Origin: Gemmatimonadaceae bacterium | GTDB lineage: Bacteria > Gemmatimonadota > Gemmatimonadetes > Gemmatimonadales > Gemmatimonadaceae | DNA length: 64,000 nucleotides | Assembly (NCBI GenBank): GCA_045803545.1 | Contig: JBJMOW010000004.1 | Coordinates: 480,001 to 544,000 of the forward strand | Direction: 5' to 3' | Shown: positions 40,464-50,911 of the stretch, one piece after another | Layout: every line of letters begins with the position of its first letter | Numbering within the stretch: position 1 is the stretch's first letter | The notes under the pieces: model-generated | The model's database searches: none | What the model saw: only the letters and a program-made list of their open reading frames with translations | What the model was told of the DNA's origin: nothing | Made by a program: the position numbers and the translations under genes

Positions 40464-42770
40464 ATGCAAAAGGCAGTAGCTGTCGCCGCGCTCGCTGCGG
40501 CATTCGTCGTTCCTTCATCGGCGATGAAGGCGCCAGCGCGGGTGTACGAGATTGCCGCGGCAGATTCCGTTGAGCGAATGCGCGTGTTGTGGATCGCTGC
40601 GCATCCCGACGACGAGGACACGAATCTGATTGCATGGCTGGCGCGCGGCCGCAATGTAGAGACGGCGTACATGTCGCTCACCAGAGGTGACGGCGGCCAG
40701 AATCTGATTGGCAACGAGCTCGGCGAGGCGCTGGGTGTCATTCGCACCGAGGAGCTGCTTGCCGCGCGGAGGATCGACGGCGCGCATCAGTATTTCGGGC
40801 GCGAGTACGACTTTGGTTTTTCAAAGAGCGCGGAGGAGACGTTGAGACATTGGCCGCGCGACTCGGTGCTCAACGACGTAATGACCGTGATGCGCGCGTT
40901 CCGGCCGCAAATCGTAATTACGACTTTCTCGGGAACGCCGAGGGATGGTCACGGGCATCATCAGGTGTCGGCGATCATTGCACGCGAGGCTTATGAGCGC
41001 GCCGCAGATACTGTCCGGTTTCCGGTGTCTCGGTTCGGAAAGCCGTGGACGCCACTCAAGCTTTATCGACTGGCGAGATTCTCACCGCAGGACAGGACGC
41101 TGGCGATCAATGTAGGGGAGTACAATCCGTTCCTCGGTCTCTCGTATCAGGAGATCGCGGCGGACAGCAGATCGCAGCACAAGTCGCAGGGCGAGGGCAC
41201 GCTGCGTCGCAAAGGAGTGGTCTATGACTATCTGATGCGCGAGGACTCGCGGGTGGCAGCGCCGCCGGCCAAGGAGGAGCAGACGATCTTCGCTGGTCTC
41301 GATACGACGAAGTTTCTGGTGCAGGATGGCAGAGTGACGCCGCCCTCGCTTGCACCACCCGTGCAGTTCGAGGCGGTTGCTGATCGGCGTGCCCTTGCAC
41401 TTGGCGAGGAAGCCAAAGTCACGATGACCGTCTACAACCGTGGAAAATCGCCGATCAGATTTTCTTACACGCACGCCGGTGATCTGGTCGAGACCAAGGA
41501 GCTTCCAGCCGATTCTTCCTTCAGGTGGGAGAACCTTTACGGCGATACCGCGATCACCCAACCGTGGTGGCTGGCAACGCCGCGCAGCGGTGACATGTTC
41601 ACTCCGAAACTGGACACGTTGTCGGAGGATCAACGCAGGAGCAATTCGGTGTGGCTGCTCTACACGGCCGACGGGAAGCAGTTCACACTAAAGACTCCGA
41701 TCGTGTATCACTACGTCGATCGGGTTCAGGGTGATGTACAACGTCCTTTGATTGTCGCGCCCGGAATCTCGATCAGCCTCGATCAGTCTGTAGCGATGGC
41801 ACGGGTGAATGCACCGCTCAATCAATTTGTGAAAGCGACGCTGAGGTCCGCATATATCGATTCCACGCCGGTGACCGTGACTTTATCGCTGCCGAACGGG
41901 TTGTCGGCGGATTCGATGTCGCGGACGGTGACGATGGCGCCTGGTGGAACACGAACTCTCGCATTCAGGCTGCGCGGCAATCTTACCCGCGGCATGCAGC
42001 AGATCACCGCAACAGCGACGGCGAAGGGAAAGACTTTTCAGAGCGGTTACGTTCCCATCGAGTATCCCCACATTAATCCGCAGCGCATCTATCGTCCGTC
42101 GACGCTGATGGTGAATGGGGTCGACGTCGTGCTGCCGGCGAGATTGAACGTCGCTTACATCCAGGGCGTGGGAGACAACGTTGCGCCGGTGCTCCAACAA
42201 CTCGGCGTACCGCTGACGATTCTCGATCCTGATGATATTCCGCAAACCGAGCTTGGTCGTTTCACGGCGATTGTCGTTGGACCGCGCGCTTATCAGGCGA
42301 ATCAGACGCTCATCGACAACAACGAGTATCTGCTGTCGTACGTGCGAAATGGCGGGCGAATGGTAGTGCAGTACGGGCAGGCGGAAATGCAGCGGCCGGG
42401 AATCATGCCGTATCCGATCACGCTGGGCCAACCGGCTGAACGCGTGACCGACGAAAACGCGCCGGTCGTCTTTACTGATCCGCGCTCGCCGCTGCTCAAC
42501 ACGCCGAACAAGATCACCCAGGAAGATTTCAACGGCTGGGCGCAAGAGCGGTCGACGTACATGCCGACGACATTCGATGCGCACTATCGGACGATGTTGT
42601 CGATGAATGATCCGGGCGCGCCGGCGAACAAGTCAGCGATACTGGCGACGCCGTACGGGCGCGGGAGCTACATCTACGTCCCATTGGCGCTGTTCAGACA
42701 GCTACCTGCGGGTGTTGCGGGTGGCGCGAGGATATTCGCAAATCTGCTTGGCGGGAACTCGGTCCGGTGA
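40464..42770 (+). CDS. Exported LmbE/PIG-L family deacetylase with C-terminal Ig-like and GATase-like regions
   Basis: Signal peptide, AAHPDDED, LTRGDGGQN, DFGFSK and HGHHQ motifs. Confidence 0.88.
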   Translation: MQKAVAVAALAAAFVVPSSAMKAPARVYEIAAADSVERMRVLWIAAHPDDEDTNLIAWLARGRNVETAYMSLTRGDGGQNLIGNELGEALGVIRTEELLAARRIDGAHQYFGREYDFGFSKSAEETLRHWPRDSVLNDVMTVMRAFRPQIVITTFSGTPRDGHGHHQVSAIIAREAYERAADTVRFPVSRFGKPWTPLKLYRLARFSPQDRTLAINVGEYNPFLGLSYQEIAADSRSQHKSQGEGTLRRKGVVYDYLMREDSRVAAPPAKEEQTIFAGLDTTKFLVQDGRVTPPSLAPPVQFEAVADRRALALGEEAKVTMTVYNRGKSPIRFSYTHAGDLVETKELPADSSFRWENLYGDTAITQPWWLATPRSGDMFTPKLDTLSEDQRRSNSVWLLYTADGKQFTLKTPIVYHYVDRVQGDVQRPLIVAPGISISLDQSVAMARVNAPLNQFVKATLRSAYIDSTPVTVTLSLPNGLSADSMSRTVTMAPGGTRTLAFRLRGNLTRGMQQITATATAKGKTFQSGYVPIEYPHINPQRIYRPSTLMVNGVDVVLPARLNVAYIQGVGDNVAPVLQQLGVPLTILDPDDIPQTELGRFTAIVVGPRAYQANQTLIDNNEYLLSYVRNGGRMVVQYGQAEMQRPGIMPYPITLGQPAERVTDENAPVVFTDPRSPLLNTPNKITQEDFNGWAQERSTYMPTTFDAHYRTMLSMNDPGAPANKSAILATPYGRGSYIYVPLALFRQLPAGVAGGARIFANLLGGNSVR

Positions 42771-43792
42771 GGCGCTTCGTTCTGATCGCGCTTGCCTTGC
42801 TCGCGGCATGCAGCTCGGATAATCGCAAGGTACTCATCGTTTACTCGCCACACGGAAAGGAGCTGCTCGAGTATTTCGAGAAACAGTTCGAGAAAGCGCA
42901 TCCTGATATCGACGTGCAGTGGGTCGACATGGGATCGCAGGAAGTTCTGGAGCGTGTGCGCGCGGAGAAGCCTAACCCGCAGGCCGACGTGTGGTTTGGC
43001 GCTCCGGCAGAGGCATTTGACCGAGCAACGAGAGAGGGACTACTCCAGCCTTACAAGCCGACGTGGTCAGCAGCTGTCGATGCGGAAGCGCACGATGCGG
43101 CCGACAACTGGTATGGGACCTATCTCACACCAGAAGTCATCGGATACAATCGCGACGCGATCAAGGCGGAGGATGCGCCGAAGGACTGGGATGACCTGAT
43201 CGATCCCAAGTGGCGCAACAAGATTCTCATTCGCGACCCGATTGCTTCAGGGACAATGCGAGCGATCTTTGGAGCGATCATGGCTCGTTCGATCGCGCAG
43301 ACGGGGAAACCCGACGCCGGTTACGAGTGGCTGCGCAAGCTGGACGCGAACACCAGGGAGTACACGCTGAACCCGACGATCCTTTATCAGAAGCTCGGTC
43401 GGCAGGAAGGGGTAGTCAGCATGTGGGACATGCCCGACTTCGCCACGCTGGAGCAACGGACGCACATTCCCATCAACTACATCATTCCGAAGAGCGGAAC
43501 GCCGTTGCTCGTCGACGGAATCGCACTTGTACGTGGTGCGAAGCATCCAGTGGAAGCAAAGGAGTACTACGAGTTCGTCACGACGCCTGAAGCTATGATT
43601 GCCGCGGCAGACTCATTTCTGCGCATCCCAGCGCGCAAGGACATTCCCGTGACAAACCTTCCGGATTGGATACGCAACGCGCTGAGTCAGATCAGGCCAA
43701 TGCCAGTCGATCGACAGGTGATGGCTGCGCATTTGGATGAGTGGATGAAGTACTGGGATGCGAACATCCGGAACCGCGGAAAGAAGCAGTGA
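42767..43792 (+). CDS. ABC importer substrate-binding lipoprotein (Fe3+/thiamine/polyamine-like class)
   Basis: Lipobox LAAC, RVRAEKPNPQADVWFG, PKDWDDL, DPIASGT. Confidence 0.88.
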   Translation: MRRFVLIALALLAACSSDNRKVLIVYSPHGKELLEYFEKQFEKAHPDIDVQWVDMGSQEVLERVRAEKPNPQADVWFGAPAEAFDRATREGLLQPYKPTWSAAVDAEAHDAADNWYGTYLTPEVIGYNRDAIKAEDAPKDWDDLIDPKWRNKILIRDPIASGTMRAIFGAIMARSIAQTGKPDAGYEWLRKLDANTREYTLNPTILYQKLGRQEGVVSMWDMPDFATLEQRTHIPINYIIPKSGTPLLVDGIALVRGAKHPVEAKEYYEFVTTPEAMIAAADSFLRIPARKDIPVTNLPDWIRNALSQIRPMPVDRQVMAAHLDEWMKYWDANIRNRGKKQ

Positions 43793-44877
43793 GCGACGCG
43801 CCGCAGGCGCGCCCTGATGGGCAGAGTGGCGCTCTTGCTCTTGAGGGCATAACTCGCCGGTTCGGCGATTTCACAGCTGTAGATAACGTTTCTTTCCAGG
43901 TTGGGCCCGGCGAATTGCTGGCGCTTGTAGGCGCGTCGGGCTCGGGCAAGACGACGACGCTGCGTATCGCTGCCGGTTACGAAGTCCCGGACGCCGGACG
44001 CGTCTCACTCGGTGGCACTGATTTGACGCGACTCCCGCCGGAGCGGCGGGGATTTGGGATGGTCTTCCAGCACTACGCGCTCTTCCCGCACATGTCGGTC
44101 GAGGACAACGTCGCGTTCGGACTCGAGGCACGTGGCGTCAGCAAAGTCGATCGCCTGATCAAGGCGCGCGCGGCACTCGCCAACGTGGGTCTCGAAGGTG
44201 CCGGCAATCGGCCGATTCAGTCTCTTTCCGGCGGTGAGCAACAGCGCGTGGCGCTCGCCCGAGCTCTGGTTATCGAGCCGAGGGCGTTGCTGCTGGATGA
44301 GCCATTGTCGAATCTCGATCCAAATTTGCGCGAAGCGATGCGCGACGATCTGCGTCGGATGCTGCGACGGGTTGGCGTGCCGGCGCTGTTCGTCACGCAT
44401 GATCAGGAGGATGCATTCGCTATCGCCGACCGGATTGCGCTTCTTAAGCGTGGAAGGATGCTGCAATGCGGAACGCCTGAGGAGTTGTACCATTCGCCGG
44501 CGAATCGCGAAGTCGCTGCATTCATCGGACGTGGTGCGATGGTTCCCGCGATCGACAAAGGCAGCACCGCTGAAGTGACAATCGGAGGCGTGAAGCGCGA
44601 GCTGCCAGTGACACGCCCGAAGGATGCGGCGCCGAAGCTGGATAATGCCTTCGTGGTAATGCGGCCCGACTCGATCGAGATGTCGAAGGGCGCCGGCGTC
44701 TTTGCGTGGCGCGGAAAGATCGTGAATCGCCGATTTGCCGGCGGAGTCGAGGTTTATCGGGTCGAGCTTGCCGACGGTATCACAGTCGATGTCGAGTCCC
44801 AGATTGTGGACGCCCATGAGGGCGACAGTGTGTCGGTATCGCCGTTGAAGCGGGAGTTTCCGGTAGTGGCGGGATGA
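43789..44877 (+). CDS. ABC importer ATP-binding subunit (PotA/FbpC-like)
   Basis: GASGSGKT, VFQHYALFPH, LSGGEQQRVALARAL, LLDEPLSNLD; start at GTG 43789. Confidence 0.92.
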   Translation: MSDAPQARPDGQSGALALEGITRRFGDFTAVDNVSFQVGPGELLALVGASGSGKTTTLRIAAGYEVPDAGRVSLGGTDLTRLPPERRGFGMVFQHYALFPHMSVEDNVAFGLEARGVSKVDRLIKARAALANVGLEGAGNRPIQSLSGGEQQRVALARALVIEPRALLLDEPLSNLDPNLREAMRDDLRRMLRRVGVPALFVTHDQEDAFAIADRIALLKRGRMLQCGTPEELYHSPANREVAAFIGRGAMVPAIDKGSTAEVTIGGVKRELPVTRPKDAAPKLDNAFVVMRPDSIEMSKGAGVFAWRGKIVNRRFAGGVEVYRVELADGITVDVESQIVDAHEGDSVSVSPLKREFPVVAG

Positions 44878-44920
44878 GGGATGAGGGAGGCGGGAGGCGG
44901 GGAGGCGGGAGGAGGGAAAA
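44871..44920 (+). repeat. Seven tandem GGGANNN heptamers filling an intergenic spacer
   Basis: GGGATGA GGGATGA GGGAGGC GGGAGGC G GGGAGGC GGGAGGA GGGAAAA, then ATG. Confidence 0.9.
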
Positions 44921-46579
44921 ATGAATGCGTCGTTGCGGGGGAACCGCAGTAGTTGGCTGATTGCGCTGCCGGTGATCGCGCTGCTGGTGTGGGCCGTCAT
45001 TTATCCCAACGCGGCGGTCATCGCGGGCAGTTTCGAGGACGGGCTGGGACACTGGCGGGAATTCTGGGCGAGCCCGGCGGATCACGAAGCTCTGATCACC
45101 AGCCTGGTCATCTCCGTCGCATCGGTCTTTGCTTCGCTGGCGATTGTCGTGCCGTTGGCATTCCTGCTGGGGCGATTTGAGTTTCCGGGTCGGCGTTTGC
45201 TGCGCGCAGTCGCGACTTTGCCAGCGGCGCTGCCGCCATTGGTCGGCGTTATCGCCTTCCTGTTTTTATATGGTGAGAGCGGAGTTGTTACGCGCGCGGT
45301 CCAACGGACATTAGGCATGGCGGAGGCGCCGTGGCAGCTGCGTGGGATCGGCGCGATCGTGTTCGTCCACGCGTACACGATGTACGTCTACGTTTTCCTG
45401 TTCGTCTCCGCCGGTCTCGAGCGGTTCGACGCTTCGCTGGACGAATCAGCATCCGGACTCGGCGCGAGCACCTGGCTGCGTCTGCGTCGCGTGACGATTC
45501 CTCTGCTCATGCCAGCAGTCGCCGGATCGGCGCTCCTTGTCTTCATGAACGCACTCGGTTCTTTCTCGGCGCCGTACGTGTTTGGCGGTGGGCTGCGAGT
45601 GCTGTCGACCCAGATCCTGAACTCGAAGACGAACGGGGCGATGGGACTCGCTTACGTCGAGACGACGGTGCTGGCACTTAGCGCGGTCGCGGGACTGGCG
45701 TTGTTCCGCTGGCTGGATCGGAAGCGCAAGTACACTCTGGCAAGCAAAGGAGGTCGAGTGCGCCGAACCATCAGGTCCAGAAGAGTCCAGCTGCTGACGA
45801 CGATCGGAGCCGCGATGATCGTGATCGCTCTGGTGCTGCCGCATTTGATGGTGATTCTGGTGTCGTTCGCGCGAGATGGATCGTGGACGACGCAAGTGCT
45901 GCCGCCTGAATACACGTTCGAGAATTATCGGCGGCTGTTCTCGGAGGCCGAGCTTTGGCGGCCGATCACGAACAGCGTATCGATGGCGTTGATCGCAACT
46001 GGCGCGAATCTCGTTGTTTGTTTCATCGCCGCGTACCTGATCGTGTTTCGCAAGTTTGGCGGGCGCAGATTCCTGGAGCTGCTGGTGGCGTTGCCGTGGG
46101 CGATTCCCGCGACTGCGATTGCACTGGGACTGGCAGCAACGTTCAATCGGAATGATCCGCTTACCGGGCGGGTGCTGCTCGTCGGCACGTTCTGGATTCT
46201 CCCGCTCGCTTATTTCATTCGCGATACGCCGCTCGTCTCATCTGCTGTCGAGTCGTCGCTGCGACAGATGGACGCGTCCCTCGAAGATGCGGCGCGCGGA
46301 CTCGGCGCGTCGTGGCTGATGACGATGCGGCGTGTGATCATTCCAGCAGCTCGGCCCGGTCTCGTTGCGGGTGGTTTGCTGGCAGCTGTCGCCGCCGTTG
46401 GTGAGTTTGTAGCGAGTGTGGTGCTCTACACGCACGCAAATCGCCCGATTTCAATGGAGATCCTGGCGCAGCTGCGTGCGCTCGCGTTCGGTACTGCGGC
46501 GGCCTACAGTGTGCTGCTCATTCTGCTCGTATTGCTGATGACGTTAGCGGCTCGCTCGTTCGAGGAAAGACTTGCCTAG
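44921..46579 (+). CDS. ABC importer permease (double-domain FbpB/ThiP-like)
   Basis: About 12 TM segments and two EAA-like motifs (LDESASGLGA, LEDAARGLGA). Confidence 0.9.
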   Translation: MNASLRGNRSSWLIALPVIALLVWAVIYPNAAVIAGSFEDGLGHWREFWASPADHEALITSLVISVASVFASLAIVVPLAFLLGRFEFPGRRLLRAVATLPAALPPLVGVIAFLFLYGESGVVTRAVQRTLGMAEAPWQLRGIGAIVFVHAYTMYVYVFLFVSAGLERFDASLDESASGLGASTWLRLRRVTIPLLMPAVAGSALLVFMNALGSFSAPYVFGGGLRVLSTQILNSKTNGAMGLAYVETTVLALSAVAGLALFRWLDRKRKYTLASKGGRVRRTIRSRRVQLLTTIGAAMIVIALVLPHLMVILVSFARDGSWTTQVLPPEYTFENYRRLFSEAELWRPITNSVSMALIATGANLVVCFIAAYLIVFRKFGGRRFLELLVALPWAIPATAIALGLAATFNRNDPLTGRVLLVGTFWILPLAYFIRDTPLVSSAVESSLRQMDASLEDAARGLGASWLMTMRRVIIPAARPGLVAGGLLAAVAAVGEFVASVVLYTHANRPISMEILAQLRALAFGTAAAYSVLLILLVLLMTLAARSFEERLA

Positions 46580-47858
46580 CATTTTGAAGCGGCCGCGAGT
46601 GGTCATCATCGGTGGCGGGTTCGGCGGGCTGGCCGCCGCACGGAAGCTCGGTCACGACAATCTCGACCTGACCGTCATCGATCGCACCAATCACTTCACC
46701 TTTCAGCCGCTCCTGTACCAGGTCGCGACGGCGGCGCTCGCGCCGAGTGATATAACGGCACCGATCAGGCACATCCTCCGTCACCAGCGGAACACCGAAG
46801 TGTTGATGGCGGAGGTGCGCGAGATCGATCCTGAGAAGCAGGTCGTTCGAATCGACGACGAGCTACGTGAGATCTCGTACGACTATCTCGTAGTCGCCAC
46901 GGGTTCGCGTCACGCCTACTTCGGCCACAACGAGTGGGAGCCTTACGCGCCCGGACTCAAGGCCATCGAAGATGCGTCGGAGATTCGTCGTCGCTTTCTG
47001 CTGGCGTTCGAGAACGCGGAGAAAGCAACGGATCCGCGTGAACGTGAAGAGTATCTGACGTTCGTGATCGTCGGCGGCGGTCCCACTGGCGTGGAGCTGG
47101 CGGGCGCGATGCCCTTCATCGCCAGGAAGGCGCTGGCGCCGGATTTCAGAACTGTTGACACTCGACGCACACGAGTGATTCTGGTTGAAGCCGGGTCAAG
47201 GTTGTTGCCCAGTTTTCCGGAGCACCTGGCGGCGCGCGCGACCAGGGATTTGCAGGAGCTCGGCGTCGAGGTGCGCGTCAACTCCGCGGTGACAGCCGTG
47301 AACGCAGACTGCGTTTGCATAGGGAAAGAGGAGATCCGCGCCAGAACGAGCTTCTGGGCAGCGGGCAACAAGTCATCGCCGCTCGGCCAGTTTCTCGGTG
47401 CTCCACTCGATCGCGCTGGCAGAATCAACGTCAGTCCCGATCTCTCTGTTCCGGGGCGCCCGAACATTTTCGTGATTGGCGATCTGGCGACGGTGATGCA
47501 CGATGGCAAGCAAGTCCCGGGCGTCGGACCGGCCGCGATTCAGGAGGGGAAAGCGGCGGGAAAGAATATTCTGCGCGATCTGCACCACCAGCCTCGGAAG
47601 AATTTCCGTTACTTCAACAAAGGCGACTTGGCCGTGATAGGTCGGTCGCGCGCAATCGCCGACCTGGGTTGGATAACATTCTCGGGACGCCTTGCGTGGT
47701 TCTTTTGGCTTTTTGTCCACATCATGTATCTGGTAGGCTTCCGCAACCGGGTCATCGTGTTTTTCGACTGGGCGTACTCGTACTTCACCTATCAACCCGG
47801 CGTGCGTCTCATCACCGACGTGGAGCGCTACAAGCCTCCGGCTGCAGTTTCGGGCTGA
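46572..47858 (+). CDS. ndh: Type II NADH dehydrogenase family flavoprotein
   Basis: GGGFGG, FQPLLYQVAT, VGGGPTGVELAG, FVIGD. Confidence 0.88.
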   Translation: MPSILKRPRVVIIGGGFGGLAAARKLGHDNLDLTVIDRTNHFTFQPLLYQVATAALAPSDITAPIRHILRHQRNTEVLMAEVREIDPEKQVVRIDDELREISYDYLVVATGSRHAYFGHNEWEPYAPGLKAIEDASEIRRRFLLAFENAEKATDPREREEYLTFVIVGGGPTGVELAGAMPFIARKALAPDFRTVDTRRTRVILVEAGSRLLPSFPEHLAARATRDLQELGVEVRVNSAVTAVNADCVCIGKEEIRARTSFWAAGNKSSPLGQFLGAPLDRAGRINVSPDLSVPGRPNIFVIGDLATVMHDGKQVPGVGPAAIQEGKAAGKNILRDLHHQPRKNFRYFNKGDLAVIGRSRAIADLGWITFSGRLAWFFWLFVHIMYLVGFRNRVIVFFDWAYSYFTYQPGVRLITDVERYKPPAAVSG

Positions 47859-48658
47859 GGATCGAGAACTTGTCTCGGCCGTGATCCGCCCAATACCGCG
47901 ACACGTTTGGTGAGATTGGGGTGCGTTGCGAGGACCTCGGCGAAGCGGACGAAGAATCCTCGTTCCGTCTGGCGCTGTTCGGCGTAGACCTCAGCGTCGA
48001 CCTGATTGTAGAGATCTCGCCCGGCGGCCAACACTAGCAGACCGTCGACGCTGCCTGCCGGCTCGAGTGCATTGCCGATCTTGTCACACGTGTATTCGCA
48101 CGCTCTCGAATAAGCGGAGCCGAGGAACGGAAACATCATCGCGGGATAGAGAAGGGAACGGCGCGTCATGTGATGGCGTTTGACGTGCCCGAGCTCGTGA
48201 CCGAGTACGAAGCTCACCGCCTTCTCCCCTTTCTGGGTTGCCAGCGCGAGGACATCGGAATAGAGCACGACGAAATTGCGACCGAGGAATCGCGTCGCAA
48301 AAGCGTTGAGAATCCCTCCGGACTGGAGCACGAAGACGTCGGGGACTTCCATGTCAAGTCGACGGGAGTGCTGTTTTGCCATCGCCATCAGCTCGGGGAA
48401 CTGGCGCTCGGACACGCGCACGCCGTTGCCGCGGATCCGGCCGATCATGATGCCGTGAAGCATGAAATAGCCGACGACGAACAGGATCGCATAGAAGAGG
48501 ATAACCCCGGCTACTGGGCTGCCGGAGACAATGATCATCGCCAAGAGTAGATAGAGTGCGATGCTGACCAGGACGCAGACCGCGAAGTAGACTTTCTCTT
48601 TCGGGCTTACAAGAGTGTCGACGTAGACTGGACGCTCCGATCGCGGATCGGTTGGCAT
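47828..48658 (-). CDS. M48 (HtpX-like) membrane zinc metallopeptidase
   Basis: NAFA, HELGH, YSRACEYTCD and THP motifs; two N-terminal TM helices. Confidence 0.9.
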   Translation of the reverse strand: MPTDPRSERPVYVDTLVSPKEKVYFAVCVLVSIALYLLLAMIIVSGSPVAGVILFYAILFVVGYFMLHGIMIGRIRGNGVRVSERQFPELMAMAKQHSRRLDMEVPDVFVLQSGGILNAFATRFLGRNFVVLYSDVLALATQKGEKAVSFVLGHELGHVKRHHMTRRSLLYPAMMFPFLGSAYSRACEYTCDKIGNALEPAGSVDGLLVLAAGRDLYNQVDAEVYAEQRQTERGFFVRFAEVLATHPNLTKRVAVLGGSRPRQVLDPQPETAAGGL

Positions 48659-48821
48659 AGGGTGTTCTCCGGTGATGGTTTGCGGCCGGAAATACTAATG
48701 TCGATGCCGAGTATCTGCCTTTTTCGAGGGGACGTCAATAGCACGGACTCCAAACCGAGAACAGTAAACTGCGAACTGCCGACTTTAGTTTTCGGGATGC
48801 TCAGGTGAGCGATGACGGTCT

Positions 48822-50042
48822 TTACGCCGAAGCCGGCAGCTCGGCTTTCCTGCCATCGTCGATCCCATAACCAAGCGCGATGGTGGCGAGGACGAGTCCG
48901 GCGGATGTGAACATCGGGACGGAGCGACCGAGATGGTCGTAGGAGAATCCTGCCCAGAGCGGCACGATCACGCGGGCAAGTCCGCCGAACGTCTGTTGCA
49001 CGCCCATGTACAGACCGCGCTCCCGACTCGAGATGACGCGCGAGAGCATTGACGTTACGCACGGGAAGGTGAAGGCGGTGCCGAGAGGCACCAGCGCCAC
49101 GGCAATCGCGAGACTCACGTAGCCGCGCGCGAGCGGAAGCGTCGCCAGTCCGGTCGCCAGCATCGCCAGACCGATTCGCGACAGATACGCCTCTCCGTAG
49201 CGATCGACCATCCGACCCAGAATGCCGGCGCGCGTGATTACCGCGATGGTTCCGACATAAGTGTAGAAAATCCAGATGCGATCCTTGCCGACGCCGAATT
49301 GATCGGCGAGGAACAGCGCGAGGATTGCCATCAATCCAGAGAAGGCGCCCATCGCGATCGCGTAAATCCAGATCAACCGTGGCGCCGGCTCATTCGGATG
49401 CGTGACTACGTGCGTAATGGCAGTACGTGATGCAGTTGGTTTTTTGCCATGCGCCTCTGTCATGTCGCGCGATTCGCGCAGGAATCGCCAGGCGAAGAAG
49501 ATGTTGATCGCGCACAGCAAGGCTGCCGCGACGCCCGGGCCGTGCGGTCCAAACCTGAGTGCTGCGGATCCAATCGCGGGACCAATTGCGACGCCAACGT
49601 TGGTTGCCGCTGATAACCAGCCGAGCGCTTTCGCTCTATTCTGCGGCTCGACAGAATCCGCGACGTAGGCTTGAATCACACCCACGGTCCCGCCGCCCGC
49701 GCCCTGCACCAGTCGTGAGAGCAGGAGCAACCAAATCGAATTTGCGAAGGCGAAGACGAGATAGGCGATGCCGGCTGCCGTGAGACCCACTAGCAACGCG
49801 GGCCGTCTCCCATACTTATCCGAAAATCTGCCCCAGATCGGTGCGCTGAGTAATTGCGCGGCAGTGAACGCTCCCATGAGGATCGCGACGACAAGCGCGC
49901 CGCCACCCATTTCGCGAGCGTAGAACGGCAGCAGTGGGATGATCATCAGCAATCCCACCATGTCTACGAAATTCGTGACGATCAGCACGGCCAGCTTCGC
50001 GTTCGCCGCACGAGAGATTTGACCGCGCACTCCGGACGCCAT
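48822..50042 (-). CDS. MFS transporter (TetA/DHA1-like)
   Basis: Motif A GRFSDKYGRRP and about 12 TM segments; ATG 50042 overlaps the upstream TAA. Confidence 0.9.
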   Translation of the reverse strand: MASGVRGQISRAANAKLAVLIVTNFVDMVGLLMIIPLLPFYAREMGGGALVVAILMGAFTAAQLLSAPIWGRFSDKYGRRPALLVGLTAAGIAYLVFAFANSIWLLLLSRLVQGAGGGTVGVIQAYVADSVEPQNRAKALGWLSAATNVGVAIGPAIGSAALRFGPHGPGVAAALLCAINIFFAWRFLRESRDMTEAHGKKPTASRTAITHVVTHPNEPAPRLIWIYAIAMGAFSGLMAILALFLADQFGVGKDRIWIFYTYVGTIAVITRAGILGRMVDRYGEAYLSRIGLAMLATGLATLPLARGYVSLAIAVALVPLGTAFTFPCVTSMLSRVISSRERGLYMGVQQTFGGLARVIVPLWAGFSYDHLGRSVPMFTSAGLVLATIALGYGIDDGRKAELPASA

Positions 50043-50911
50043 TAAGCCTCTGCCTTGCCAAGCGCCGCCGGCGGCACCGCTCGGCCGACGACTCCGGCCA
50101 ACGCAATGATCGTGAGGACGTAAGGAATCATCTCCACGAACTGCGAGGGAATAGCGTGGCTTCCCTGCAGCTGGATCTGGAAAGTTTCCGCGGCAGCGAA
50201 CAGCAGGCACGCGAAGGCTGCGCGAACGGGATCCCATCTTCCGAAAATCACCGCGGAGATGGCGATGAATCCGCGACCGGCCGTCATCTGGTCAGTGAAC
50301 TGGTGCTGGTCGAGCGCGAGGTAGACACCGCCGAGCGCGGCGAGAACTCCCGAAATTGCGACAGCGAGGTAGCGCACGCGAGTTACGCTGACGCCTACAC
50401 TCTCAGCAGCTTCCGGATGCTCGCCCACCGCGCGTACACGCAAGCCAAACGGCGTCTTGTAGATCACGAACGCGACGACAGGGGCGCTGATCAAGCCAAG
50501 CCAGAGCAGCGGATTGTCGAATCCCGCGGCTTTGATATTTCCGCCGAAGCCTGCGACACGCGGTGAGTTCGAGGAGCTGGCGAAAAAGAGCTTGAGGAAA
50601 AATCTCGTCACACCGATTGCCAGCAGGTTGATGGCGACACCAACGACAACCTGGTCGGCGCGATATCGAATGCTGGCGATCGCGTGAATGGCGCCGAATA
50701 TCAGCCCACCCATCATGCCGGCAAGCACTCCGATCCATGGATTTCCGCTGTAGTTCGTCCCGACAACGGCGGCGAATGCGCCGGTGAGCATGAACCCTTC
50801 GAGCGTCAGGCTCACGATTCCCGCGCGCTCGGCGACAACGCCTCCGCTTGCCGCGAACAGATACGGCACAGCGATGCGGATCATCTGCGTGATGAATGAG
50901 ACCGGATTCAC
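50042..50911 (-). CDS. ABC importer permease (nucleoside/CUT2-type)
   Basis: ERAGIVSLTLEG, KTPFGLRVRAVGEHP, AGRGFIA; start at GTG 50911. Confidence 0.9.
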   Translation of the reverse strand: MNPVSFITQMIRIAVPYLFAASGGVVAERAGIVSLTLEGFMLTGAFAAVVGTNYSGNPWIGVLAGMMGGLIFGAIHAIASIRYRADQVVVGVAINLLAIGVTRFFLKLFFASSSNSPRVAGFGGNIKAAGFDNPLLWLGLISAPVVAFVIYKTPFGLRVRAVGEHPEAAESVGVSVTRVRYLAVAISGVLAALGGVYLALDQHQFTDQMTAGRGFIAISAVIFGRWDPVRAAFACLLFAAAETFQIQLQGSHAIPSQFVEMIPYVLTIIALAGVVGRAVPPAALGKAEA

